A stretch of DNA of 64,000 nucleotides from an uncultured Gammaproteobacteria bacterium (GTDB taxonomy: Bacteria > Patescibacteriota > Microgenomatia > Daviesbacterales > UBA10151), in contig CAZFYQ010000004.1 of assembly GCA_964523905.1 (NCBI GenBank), positions 31,535 to 95,534 on the forward strand. Reading direction: 5' to 3'. Of the stretch, positions 18,442-25,959 are shown one piece after another; the stretch's first letter is position 1; each line of letters opens with the position of its first letter. The notes under the pieces were generated by a model that saw nothing but the letters and a program-made list of their open reading frames with translations, had not been told where the DNA came from and did not search any database. The translations under genes were made by a program, and so were the position numbers.

Positions 18442-19002
18442 TCAAATAAGTTTAATTTCTGCAAGGGTATTATGTTTGTGGAAGCTGCCGTCTGGGGCTG
18501 ATTCAAATAGTTTGATAGAAGAAATGATAATTGGATCAAAAGACTGAGCCATCATTTTTTCTAAATCTACTTCCAGGCCGCGGTTTATTTTAAAATTATT
18601 AGCCAGCTTTGCAATAGTAATATGCGGAGTAAATCGTCTTTCATCAACCGGTAAATTAAGTGCTTCCAAGCCATCTTTAATCGATTCTCTAATTAGTAAA
18701 ATTTTATCAATATCTCCTTTTACCCCTACCCATAATACTCCGGGGTGGTGTAGATTTGGGAATCCATCAATATAGGCCGGGGTGACTTCAAAAGGAGGGA
18801 CTCCTGCAGCAGATTTTTTGATCACTTCTACTAATGCCGGTTTTAAATTGTCATTTTGTTCTCCCACAAAGGCCAAAGTTAAATGAATTTTGTCTACATC
18901 CGTTAATTTTGCTTGAGGAATTAAAGTGCGCAAAGAGCTTTGAATAGCTTGAAACTGCAGTAAATTCTCACTCGGTATTTCCAGTGCAATAAAGAATCTC
19001 AT
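18442..19002 (-). CDS. thpR: RNA 2',3'-cyclic phosphodiesterase
   Basis: MRFFIAL, two HxT motifs (HLTLAF, PHITIAK). Confidence 0.92.
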   Translation of the reverse strand: MRFFIALEIPSENLLQFQAIQSSLRTLIPQAKLTDVDKIHLTLAFVGEQNDNLKPALVEVIKKSAAGVPPFEVTPAYIDGFPNLHHPGVLWVGVKGDIDKILLIRESIKDGLEALNLPVDERRFTPHITIAKLANNFKINRGLEVDLEKMMAQSFDPIIISSIKLFESAPDGSFHKHNTLAEIKLI

Positions 19003-19111
19003 GATCTAAAATTTTAAGGTTGATTCTTTGCGACCTTCGGTCTTAAAAAAATCGCATATCTGTACAAAGACAGTTTATCATAAAACTTGACAAGCATATA
19101 AATTTAGGTAG

Positions 19112-20977
19112 ATGATGGAATATAGATTCGAATTTATGGCAGTAACTGCGGAAGCTGTAGAAGTAGGACAAAATTCCAGCCCTTTGCTTGGTCTACCTGG
19201 ACCTTCCTTTCCAACTGAGCCCACATTTTTTGAAAGAATTGGTAGGGAAGATTTAAAGGAGGTAATTACCCCTCAGTCTCCTTGGGTGCTGCATTCCTTA
19301 GAGATTTATTTAGATGGAGATGGATTTCGAGGTGGGGGCGGACTTGGGATTTTAATGGGCGATATGATTCGGATGGCAGACAGGTTTGGCATCCCTACGA
19401 GAGCTTTTTCTGTAATGTACTCAACTACTTCACATCAGGTTTTAGATAATGGTTTATGGCAAGAGGATCAATATGTTGAGGAATCTCCCAGGCAAAGAGG
19501 ATTTCAATCAGTGGGTGAATACTCACTTGGAGTAAATAGTCACCATGTAGAGATGGATATGTATAAGGCTGCAGGAAGGGATATTTTTGGTCCTTTTGAG
19601 CCTGGAATTAACTCTTTATACTTTGGTTCTCCTGATAGTGACCATAGGCTTTATCAACAGGCAGCTGAAGGTTTTGCAAATTATTATGTTGAGAAGGAGT
19701 CAGGAATAAAGCCGGCAGTAGATCATTTGCAAGAAGTAGGTACGGCTTTAATTGCTTTAGCAAAATTTGATGATTTATGTGATCAGGGGTTAACTGTGGA
19801 TGATGCCATTACTACCCTTCAAAAAGACATTGTATTAACTAATCACACCATAGTTGCTGCTGCAGCACCAAGGTATTCTAAATGGCAGTTTGAGCACTAT
19901 GTATTTTCTAATATGAGAAGCGAGCAAGCTAAAACTTGGTTAGGAGATCTAATAGACAAAAAAGGAGGAACTTTAGATATGAGTACCTTAGCGCATACAT
20001 TTGCTGGTAGGTTTAATGGCGTAAGCATAATGCATGCAGCCATTGCTTCCGGCCAATTTGGCCGGGCCGATAATACAACTGTTGATTATTTTGAGCCAAT
20101 TACCAATGGTATTGACCTTGAAAGATGGACCAGCCCGGATTTCTATGATTTTTACCAGAGTGCAGAGATAATCGATAGGTTTGATTTGCCTGCAGATGAT
20201 TATAGTGAAAAAATAGCGGCTTTAAATGCAGGAGAGTTGAGGGCAATGAAGGATAAAGCAGGAAGCGAATTGCGTACGTATCTTAGAAGTAGAGTTGATC
20301 AGTATGGTCAGAGTGTGCAGGTTCCTGATGATGCTAAGATTGCTTGTTGGACAAAAAGACTTGCCGGCTATAAAAGACCGGATATGTTATTTGAAAATGT
20401 AGATGAGTTAAAAGAAACTTTGGAAGAAGAAAATGTGCACATACTTTTATCCGGGAAAGCACATCCGGAGGATCAAGGGATGAAACGTAATTTGCAAGAT
20501 TTGTTAAGGAAAGTGGATCAAGACCCAGTGCTAAAGGAGAGAGTCCACTTTATACAGGATTATGATGAAGAGTTAGCATCACCATTGGTTGCAGGAGTAG
20601 ATATTTGGTTTAACACACCTACGGTTGGGAAAGAAGCCTGTGGAACTTCTTGGATGAAAGCACTTACTAATTTAGCCATACTTATTTCTACTGAGGACGG
20701 AGGAGTGGCGGATGTAAAGCCTGCTCATTATCTTCAGATTGAAGGAAAAAATTATGACGAGGAAAAACAGTCACTTAGTAGTCAATTTAGGAAAGCAGCT
20801 AAGTTATTAAGATCTAAAGATGTAGAATGGGCAGATTTAGTCAAGGATCAGCTTTCTGCATATTTACCTACAATTTCAGGAGCTAGAATGTGGGCAGATT
20901 ATCTAAATTTTGTTTTTCCTTTGAAAACAGAAGTTCAAACAACTGATATAAAGCAGGAAGTAGCAGAAATAGCTTAA
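19112..20977 (+). CDS. glgP: alpha-glucan (glycogen/maltodextrin) phosphorylase, compact
   Basis: GGGGLGILMGD, NGVSIMH, ITNGID, KRLAGYKRP, GKAHPED, EACGTSWMKA (PLP lysine). Confidence 0.88.
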   Translation: MMEYRFEFMAVTAEAVEVGQNSSPLLGLPGPSFPTEPTFFERIGREDLKEVITPQSPWVLHSLEIYLDGDGFRGGGGLGILMGDMIRMADRFGIPTRAFSVMYSTTSHQVLDNGLWQEDQYVEESPRQRGFQSVGEYSLGVNSHHVEMDMYKAAGRDIFGPFEPGINSLYFGSPDSDHRLYQQAAEGFANYYVEKESGIKPAVDHLQEVGTALIALAKFDDLCDQGLTVDDAITTLQKDIVLTNHTIVAAAAPRYSKWQFEHYVFSNMRSEQAKTWLGDLIDKKGGTLDMSTLAHTFAGRFNGVSIMHAAIASGQFGRADNTTVDYFEPITNGIDLERWTSPDFYDFYQSAEIIDRFDLPADDYSEKIAALNAGELRAMKDKAGSELRTYLRSRVDQYGQSVQVPDDAKIACWTKRLAGYKRPDMLFENVDELKETLEEENVHILLSGKAHPEDQGMKRNLQDLLRKVDQDPVLKERVHFIQDYDEELASPLVAGVDIWFNTPTVGKEACGTSWMKALTNLAILISTEDGGVADVKPAHYLQIEGKNYDEEKQSLSSQFRKAAKLLRSKDVEWADLVKDQLSAYLPTISGARMWADYLNFVFPLKTEVQTTDIKQEVAEIA

Positions 20978-20981
20978 AATA

Positions 20982-21011
20982 TTGACAAGCAGATAAGTAC
21001 CCCGCTATAAT
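20982..21011 (+). promoter_or_regulatory. sigma70 promoter of the riboswitch leader
   Basis: TTGACA-18-TATAAT. Confidence 0.8.
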
Positions 21012-21015
21012 CATT

Positions 21016-21120
21016 TTAAATCAAGAGTGGTAGATAGAGTATTGGCTCGTTAAGCTACCCAGCAACTGATTCGGCTAAGCCGAACACAGTGCTACACCCA
21101 ACCCGCAAGGGAGGATTTGG
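21016..21120 (+). ncRNA. SAM-I (S-box) riboswitch aptamer
   Basis: P1 TTAAATC/GATTTGG, ATCAAGAG, P2 GGTAG/CTACC, CAGCAAC...GTGCTA core, TTGG/CCAA pseudoknot, P4 CCC-GCAA-GGG. Confidence 0.88.
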
Positions 21121-21136
21121 TCTTAATGACAAAAGT

Positions 21137-21162
21137 GAGCCTCCCTTTATGGGAGGTTTTTT
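21137..21162 (+). terminator. riboswitch-controlled intrinsic terminator
   Basis: GAGCCTCCC-TTTAT-GGGAGGTTT-TTT; 5' arm CCTCCCTT can instead pair with AAGGGAGG (21107-21114). Confidence 0.85.
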
Positions 21163-21173
21163 GTGGAGAAAAT

Positions 21174-21935
21174 ATGTTAGATAGAGATTTAGGTGACGGA
21201 CAATTAAATACAGATGCAATATTAAAAGCAACTAGGGGTACTACTGTAATTAGTGAAACCCTGCCTGTTTCTAAAGATTATTATATTGGTCCGGAGTCTT
21301 TTGAAAAAGGTTATCACAGACATTGGGGAACTCTAAGAAGGGTAAACAGCTTAGAGTTTTTTTTACTGACTGACCGGGATTTTTTTGATATTAATACAAT
21401 ATTTTCTCATCTGCCACGTAAATTAATAGAATTTTATCTAAGTTCAGAGGATAGAACGGATCAGGTAAGAATACTAGATGCGGGGGGCGGAAGGGATGGA
21501 AAGACTGCAAAAGAAATTGCTGGTAAATATTCTCAAACGCAAGTTATAAATGCTGACTTAGTAGCAATACCTGATATTGATAATAATTTTATTTCTATTA
21601 GAACCGATTTAGGTAATTTACCATTAGCAGAAGAATCAATTGATCTTGCATACTCACACCAAGTACTACCCTTCATGTTAAGTGAAAGATATCCGGATAA
21701 ACAACTGCAAGCAGTACAAGGAATTGTTCGGATATTAAAGCCAGGGGGAGTTGGTTTAATTGACTGGACAGATCAGCCAGCAGTGGGAGATGCTACCTTA
21801 AATGAAATAGAAGACTTTGGAGTGACAGTTATTCCCCAACAAAAAAGTTATGGTGGAGTATTTCTCTTTATTGCCAAAGAACCAGCTCAACCAGTTGTTT
21901 CATCAATGAGTTCCTATTTACAGATTCCAGCTTAG
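21174..21935 (+). CDS. class I SAM-dependent methyltransferase
   Basis: ILDAGGGRDG motif I, LPLAEESIDL, RILKPGG; start moved to ATG 21174 (after the terminator, GGAG RBS). Confidence 0.85.
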   Translation: MLDRDLGDGQLNTDAILKATRGTTVISETLPVSKDYYIGPESFEKGYHRHWGTLRRVNSLEFFLLTDRDFFDINTIFSHLPRKLIEFYLSSEDRTDQVRILDAGGGRDGKTAKEIAGKYSQTQVINADLVAIPDIDNNFISIRTDLGNLPLAEESIDLAYSHQVLPFMLSERYPDKQLQAVQGIVRILKPGGVGLIDWTDQPAVGDATLNEIEDFGVTVIPQQKSYGGVFLFIAKEPAQPVVSSMSSYLQIPA

Positions 21936-21972
21936 GATTGAAATGTAGACTCGAAAATGGTATATTACTAGT

Positions 21973-22051
21973 GACCGAGTGGATGCCGACCCACAGGTAA
22001 TCAGTCCTGGCTTAAGCATTCTTCAGTTGTTTACCAACCTCGGTCTTTTTT
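21973..22051 (+). ncRNA. putative unknown structured small RNA
   Basis: TTGAAA-17-TATATT promoter (21938-21966); closing stem GACCGAG/CTCGGTC, internal stems, 3' U-tract. Confidence 0.45.
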
Positions 22052-22427
22052 ATTTCTTTAACTTCTCATTAGTAAACTTAATAAGCTGATGAAGTTCAAT
22101 AGGTAATGTTTGTAGTTCGGCTAGAATGTATTCATATTGTTCTTTGGTTAGTAACTTTCTGATTCTTGATTTCTCATTCCAATCCAGGCTTTCTTTAGCA
22201 GAACCAAAACTATAGAAATAGAATTTAACTTTATCCTTTTTACCAAATCTGCCAAATCCCTCTGCGATATTAGCTGAAATTGAATCAATTGCAGTTACAA
22301 ATTGGAGTCCTACAGATTGCTTTTCAAACCATTGCCAGTTCATAACAATAGACCAGACATAATTTGAAAGTAAGAAAGCTCTTTTATAGCAGCTAATATC
22401 ATTTAACTTGAGGTATTTTTTATCCAC
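22050..22427 (-). CDS. four-helix-bundle protein (23S rRNA IVP / Avd-like family)
   Basis: QFVTAIDSISANIAEGFGR...YSFGSAKES signature. Confidence 0.9.
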   Translation of the reverse strand: MDKKYLKLNDISCYKRAFLLSNYVWSIVMNWQWFEKQSVGLQFVTAIDSISANIAEGFGRFGKKDKVKFYFYSFGSAKESLDWNEKSRIRKLLTKEQYEYILAELQTLPIELHQLIKFTNEKLKK

Positions 22428-22441
22428 TTGCCTATTGTTTC

Positions 22442-22473
22442 TTTAACAATTTAACAATACAACAATATAACAA
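22442..22473 (+). repeat. octamer tandem array upstream of the four-helix-bundle gene
   Basis: tttaacaa tttaacaa tacaacaa tataacaa fills the ahcY-to-gene spacer. Confidence 0.85.
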
Positions 22474-22482
22474 TTATTATCT

Positions 22483-23742
22483 TTAAGTGCCTTCGTTCCA
22501 GGAAGCTAGGTACTTTTTTTGATCGGCAGTTAAGATATCAATTTTAATGCCTAAGGATTCTAATTTAAGCTGGGCGATCATGTTATCTAGCTCTTTTGGA
22601 ACAGTATAAACCCCTGGTTTTAGTTGGCCTTTCTTTTCAAGTAGGTATTCTGCTGCAAAGGCCTGGTTGGCAAAGCTCATATCCATTACATCCGGTGGAT
22701 GGCCTTCAGCAGAAACTAAATTAATCAGTCTACCCTCTCCTAAGACAAAAACCTTTTTACCTCCGGGTAAAACTAGTTCTTCTAATTGATGTCTAAGCAG
22801 TCTTCTACTTTTGGCAATTTTAACCAGGCCATCATAATCAAATTCCACATTAAAGTGGCCGGTATTAGCCACAATTGCTCCGGGTTTTAGGTTTTTTAAG
22901 TCTGCTAAAGAAATAACAGATTTGTTACCAGTGGCAGTACAAATAATATCAGCCACCTTTACTGCAGAGGCAATTGGCATTACTTCAAATCCATCCATTG
23001 TAGCCTCCAAGGCCCGAACTGCATCTACCTCTGTGACAATTACTTGCGCCCCCATGCCTTTGGCCCGGGCAGACAGTCCCTTACCACACCATCCATAACC
23101 TACCACTACAAATTTCTTGCCGGCCAACAGAACATTAGTGGCCCGGATAATTCCATCAACAGTTGATTGTCCGGTGCCGTATCTATTATCAAACATGTGC
23201 TTAGTATCAGAATCATTAACCGCTACTACTGGGATTTTTAAAGTACCGTCTTTTAACATGGCCCTAAGTCTAATCACTCCGGTGGTAGTTTCTTCAGATG
23301 AACCAATAACCTCTGTTAATTGAGATTTTCTTTCAGTATGCAAAAGAGTTACTAAGTCTGCTCCGTCATCCATAGTAATTTGGGGATGAAAATCCATTAC
23401 CTGATTTAAGTGTTTATAATAGGTATCTTTATCTTCTCCGTGAATGGCAAAAGTAGGGATATCATAGTCAGCCACCAGTGAAGCAGCCACTTCATCCTGA
23501 GTAGACAGCGGATTGGAGGCACAAAGAACCACATTGGCACCACCAGCTTTTAAAGCAATGACTAAGTTGGCGGTTTCAGAGGTAACATGTAAACAAGCAG
23601 CTAAGGTAATTCCTTTAAGTGTCTTTTCTTTTTCAAAGCGTTTTTTAATTAGCTCTAACACTTTCATCTGAGAGCCGGCCCATTCAATTTTTAATTTTCC
23701 GGCTTTGGCCAGTTTTAAATCTTTAACATCACTCTTTATCAT
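22483..23742 (-). CDS. ahcY: adenosylhomocysteinase
   Basis: CLHVTSET, DDGADL, EETTTG, KHMFDNRYGTGQS, GYGWCGKG, GHP..VMDMSF. Confidence 0.97.
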   Translation of the reverse strand: MIKSDVKDLKLAKAGKLKIEWAGSQMKVLELIKKRFEKEKTLKGITLAACLHVTSETANLVIALKAGGANVVLCASNPLSTQDEVAASLVADYDIPTFAIHGEDKDTYYKHLNQVMDFHPQITMDDGADLVTLLHTERKSQLTEVIGSSEETTTGVIRLRAMLKDGTLKIPVVAVNDSDTKHMFDNRYGTGQSTVDGIIRATNVLLAGKKFVVVGYGWCGKGLSARAKGMGAQVIVTEVDAVRALEATMDGFEVMPIASAVKVADIICTATGNKSVISLADLKNLKPGAIVANTGHFNVEFDYDGLVKIAKSRRLLRHQLEELVLPGGKKVFVLGEGRLINLVSAEGHPPDVMDMSFANQAFAAEYLLEKKGQLKPGVYTVPKELDNMIAQLKLESLGIKIDILTADQKKYLASWNEGT

Positions 23743-24671
23743 AGGTTAATTTGTTCTCCAAAATTCTCTTTATATCTGTCTGAGAATTCTTGGACGGTAA
23801 ATCTATGTGATGTTGTACCATAATTTTCCACTGCATAACAAGATGCAATTGCGCCCATTTGCCCGCAGATTTTTAAATCAAAGTTTTTAGATAGTCCTGC
23901 TAAAAATCCGGCCCGATAGGCGTCTCCGGCTCCAGTTGGATCAACCACCTGTTTTGGTTTTGCAGCTCTCACCTCAATAGTTTGATCTTTGGTTTGAATA
24001 ACCGATCCCTTTTCTCCTAGGGTTGTAATAACTATTTTGGCATTTTCCAAAAGATTTGCCATTTGCCATTTGAGTTTTGACATTAGAAGTTCTACTTCGT
24101 AATCATTGCCAATTAAAATTTCTGCTCCCTTAATCATCATTTCTAAATCCTCTTTTTGCAAGCGGGGTAGTTGCATGCCCGGATCCATCATATATTTAAT
24201 TCCTTTTTCCTGACATTGGTTGGTAAAGGCAGTCATGGCAGCAGGATCATTAGGAGAAATTACTACCATTTCCGAAGTTCCATCTATTAATAAAGAAGAG
24301 TTATCTTTCATGGCTCCGGGATAAAAAGCCGTGATTTGATTATCTGATTGATCAGTCATAATAAAAGCAGAAGAGGTTGACTCATCAGGGATTATTTTAA
24401 TTTTTGAGATATCAACACCAGACTGTTCTAAAAATTTTCCGTACTGCGAAAAATCATTACCAACAGCGCCCACAATAGAAACAGGAGTTTTTAACAGCCC
24501 TAAGTTATAGGCAATGTTTCCAGCAGTGCCACCTTTTTGTTTGTTTAAAGTATTAACTAAAAAAGATAAATTAATTTGATGAATTTTATCCGGCATAATA
24601 TGGTCGCCAAACTTCCCTGGAAAATCCATAATAGTGTCATATGCAAGTGAGCCGGTAACAGTAATCATCAT
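23739..24671 (-). CDS. PfkB-family carbohydrate kinase, probable adenosine kinase
   Basis: TGSLAYD, GGTAGNIA, DPTGAGDAYRAG; ATGA overlap with ahcY. Confidence 0.85.
   Translation of the reverse strand: MMITVTGSLAYDTIMDFPGKFGDHIMPDKIHQINLSFLVNTLNKQKGGTAGNIAYNLGLLKTPVSIVGAVGNDFSQYGKFLEQSGVDISKIKIIPDESTSSAFIMTDQSDNQITAFYPGAMKDNSSLLIDGTSEMVVISPNDPAAMTAFTNQCQEKGIKYMMDPGMQLPRLQKEDLEMMIKGAEILIGNDYEVELLMSKLKWQMANLLENAKIVITTLGEKGSVIQTKDQTIEVRAAKPKQVVDPTGAGDAYRAGFLAGLSKNFDLKICGQMGAIASCYAVENYGTTSHRFTVQEFSDRYKENFGEQINL
24054..24081 (+). repeat. degenerate heptamer array in the kinase gene
   Basis: atttgcc atttgcc atttgag ttttgac; encodes MSKLKWQMAN. Confidence 0.7.
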
Positions 24672-24697
24672 AGCTATTATATAGTATAATTAGAATA

Positions 24698-24904
24698 ATG
24701 AAATCCATTGATTGGACCCATCTTTATAAAAAATACAAAGGGCTGTGGGTAGCTTTAATGAATGATGAGGTCACTGTAATCTCTTCAGGTACAAGTCTAG
24801 AAGAAACATCAAAAAAAGCCGAGAAAAAAGGCTTTAAGGATCCAATTTTTTATTTTGTTCCCAAAAAACTGACTTATTTTGCAGGCTATATTCATAATAA
24901 GTGA
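24698..24904 (+). CDS. DUF5678-like small protein
   Basis: KYKGLWVAL...VISSG..LEE...A...G...P pattern. Confidence 0.7.
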   Translation: MKSIDWTHLYKKYKGLWVALMNDEVTVISSGTSLEETSKKAEKKGFKDPIFYFVPKKLTYFAGYIHNK

Positions 24905-25308
24905 AATTTAAATACCGGCAGACGATTCTATCCGCTCCGTTTTCCAAAAAGCAAAAACTTCTAAGACCAATAATCCCCCTTAGTCTAAAATATAAACAAC
25001 AATCAGTCTACTATGAAGCGTTGATTGATTCAGGAGCAGACTTTTGCATCTTTCCGGTTGAAATTGCCAAGAAACTGAGGATAAATCTTAAAAAAGCCAA
25101 CAAAATTTATTTTGCCGGAGCGACAGGAGAACCAGTATTAGGTTTGCGAGCAAAGGTAACATTACAAATTGCTGAGGTAAATTTAAAAACAGAAGTAGTT
25201 TTTGCTGATCTCTCAGATAAAGCAGCCTTGCTTGGTCAATATGGATTTTTTAATTTATGCAAAGTTAATCTTGACCTTGGTAATAACAAAATTGAGATTA
25301 TTACTTAG
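24901..25308 (+). CDS. retropepsin-like (clan AA) aspartyl protease
   Basis: RPIIP, ALIDSGAD catalytic motif, LLGQYGFF; GTGA overlap with upstream gene. Confidence 0.85.
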   Translation: MKFKYRQTILSAPFSKKQKLLRPIIPLSLKYKQQSVYYEALIDSGADFCIFPVEIAKKLRINLKKANKIYFAGATGEPVLGLRAKVTLQIAEVNLKTEVVFADLSDKAALLGQYGFFNLCKVNLDLGNNKIEIIT

Positions 25309-25371
25309 AATCCACAGGATAATCCTCCTTACAAGTATATCGTCAGCCGTTATTACGTCAACATCTCATAG

Positions 25372-25402
25372 TTGATTTTTCCAGAGAGAGAGAGAGTATT
25401 AT
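25372..25402 (+). promoter_or_regulatory. promoter with (AG)7 microsatellite in the spacer
   Basis: TTGATT-19 nt (TTTCC + (AG)7)-TATTAT, 11 nt before ATG 25414. Confidence 0.55.
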
Positions 25403-25413
25403 CAGCCTCATAA

Positions 25414-25953
25414 ATGGAAACTTTAGGTCCAAGACCCGAATTATTATTACAAGCTTCCCTGGGGGTAGCAAAACAAGCAGAGGATTCAACCAGACAACTT
25501 CTAGGTCGACATTCAGATCTGTTAACCCCTGTAGCTATTGATTTAATAGCAGAGAGAGAATATAAGTCAGCTTTAGAGCAACATGCTAGGAAAAGATATG
25601 AAGGAAGAGCTAATGATAACTATAGTTATCATCCGGGTTTGATGTTATATGTAACTCCAACTACTAAAGATTTATTGTTTACGGTATTCAAAAAAGCAGA
25701 ATATCCAGTTACAGAAGATCAGGTGATACCGGTAACTTCGACAATGCAGGCAATACGTTTCCCAAGGGCAATCTACGGCATGGGTTTAGGTGGATGTCAG
25801 ATATATCTAGAAGCTGCGGAGGATTGGGAGAAATCAAATCTTGCTGAAAAACCTTTTGCATTGGGATATAGAGATGTGATTAGGATAGAGGGAGACGCAA
25901 ATGAACTCTGGCAGAATTGGGATTACAAATGGGACGGTACTTCTGTAAAATAA
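25414..25953 (+). CDS. orphan hypothetical protein
   Basis: 179-aa ORF; no family recognised. Confidence 0.65.
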   Translation: METLGPRPELLLQASLGVAKQAEDSTRQLLGRHSDLLTPVAIDLIAEREYKSALEQHARKRYEGRANDNYSYHPGLMLYVTPTTKDLLFTVFKKAEYPVTEDQVIPVTSTMQAIRFPRAIYGMGLGGCQIYLEAAEDWEKSNLAEKPFALGYRDVIRIEGDANELWQNWDYKWDGTSVK

Positions 25954-25959
25954 ACATTC

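Noticed and set aside
21117-21173. N-terminal extension of the methyltransferase in the ORF track
   Set aside because: Overlaps the riboswitch P1 strand and terminator; ATG 21174 has a GGAG RBS
21973-22045. tRNA gene (73 nt, 7-bp closing stem)
   Set aside because: No TTCRA T-loop, D-arm or 7-nt anticodon loop on either strand
21973-22045. SAH riboswitch for ahcY
   Set aside because: Lies downstream of and opposite to ahcY; lacks the GAGGAGCGCUGC core
22050-22427. Diversity-generating retroelement
   Set aside because: No reverse transcriptase and no TR/VR pair differing at adenines was noticed
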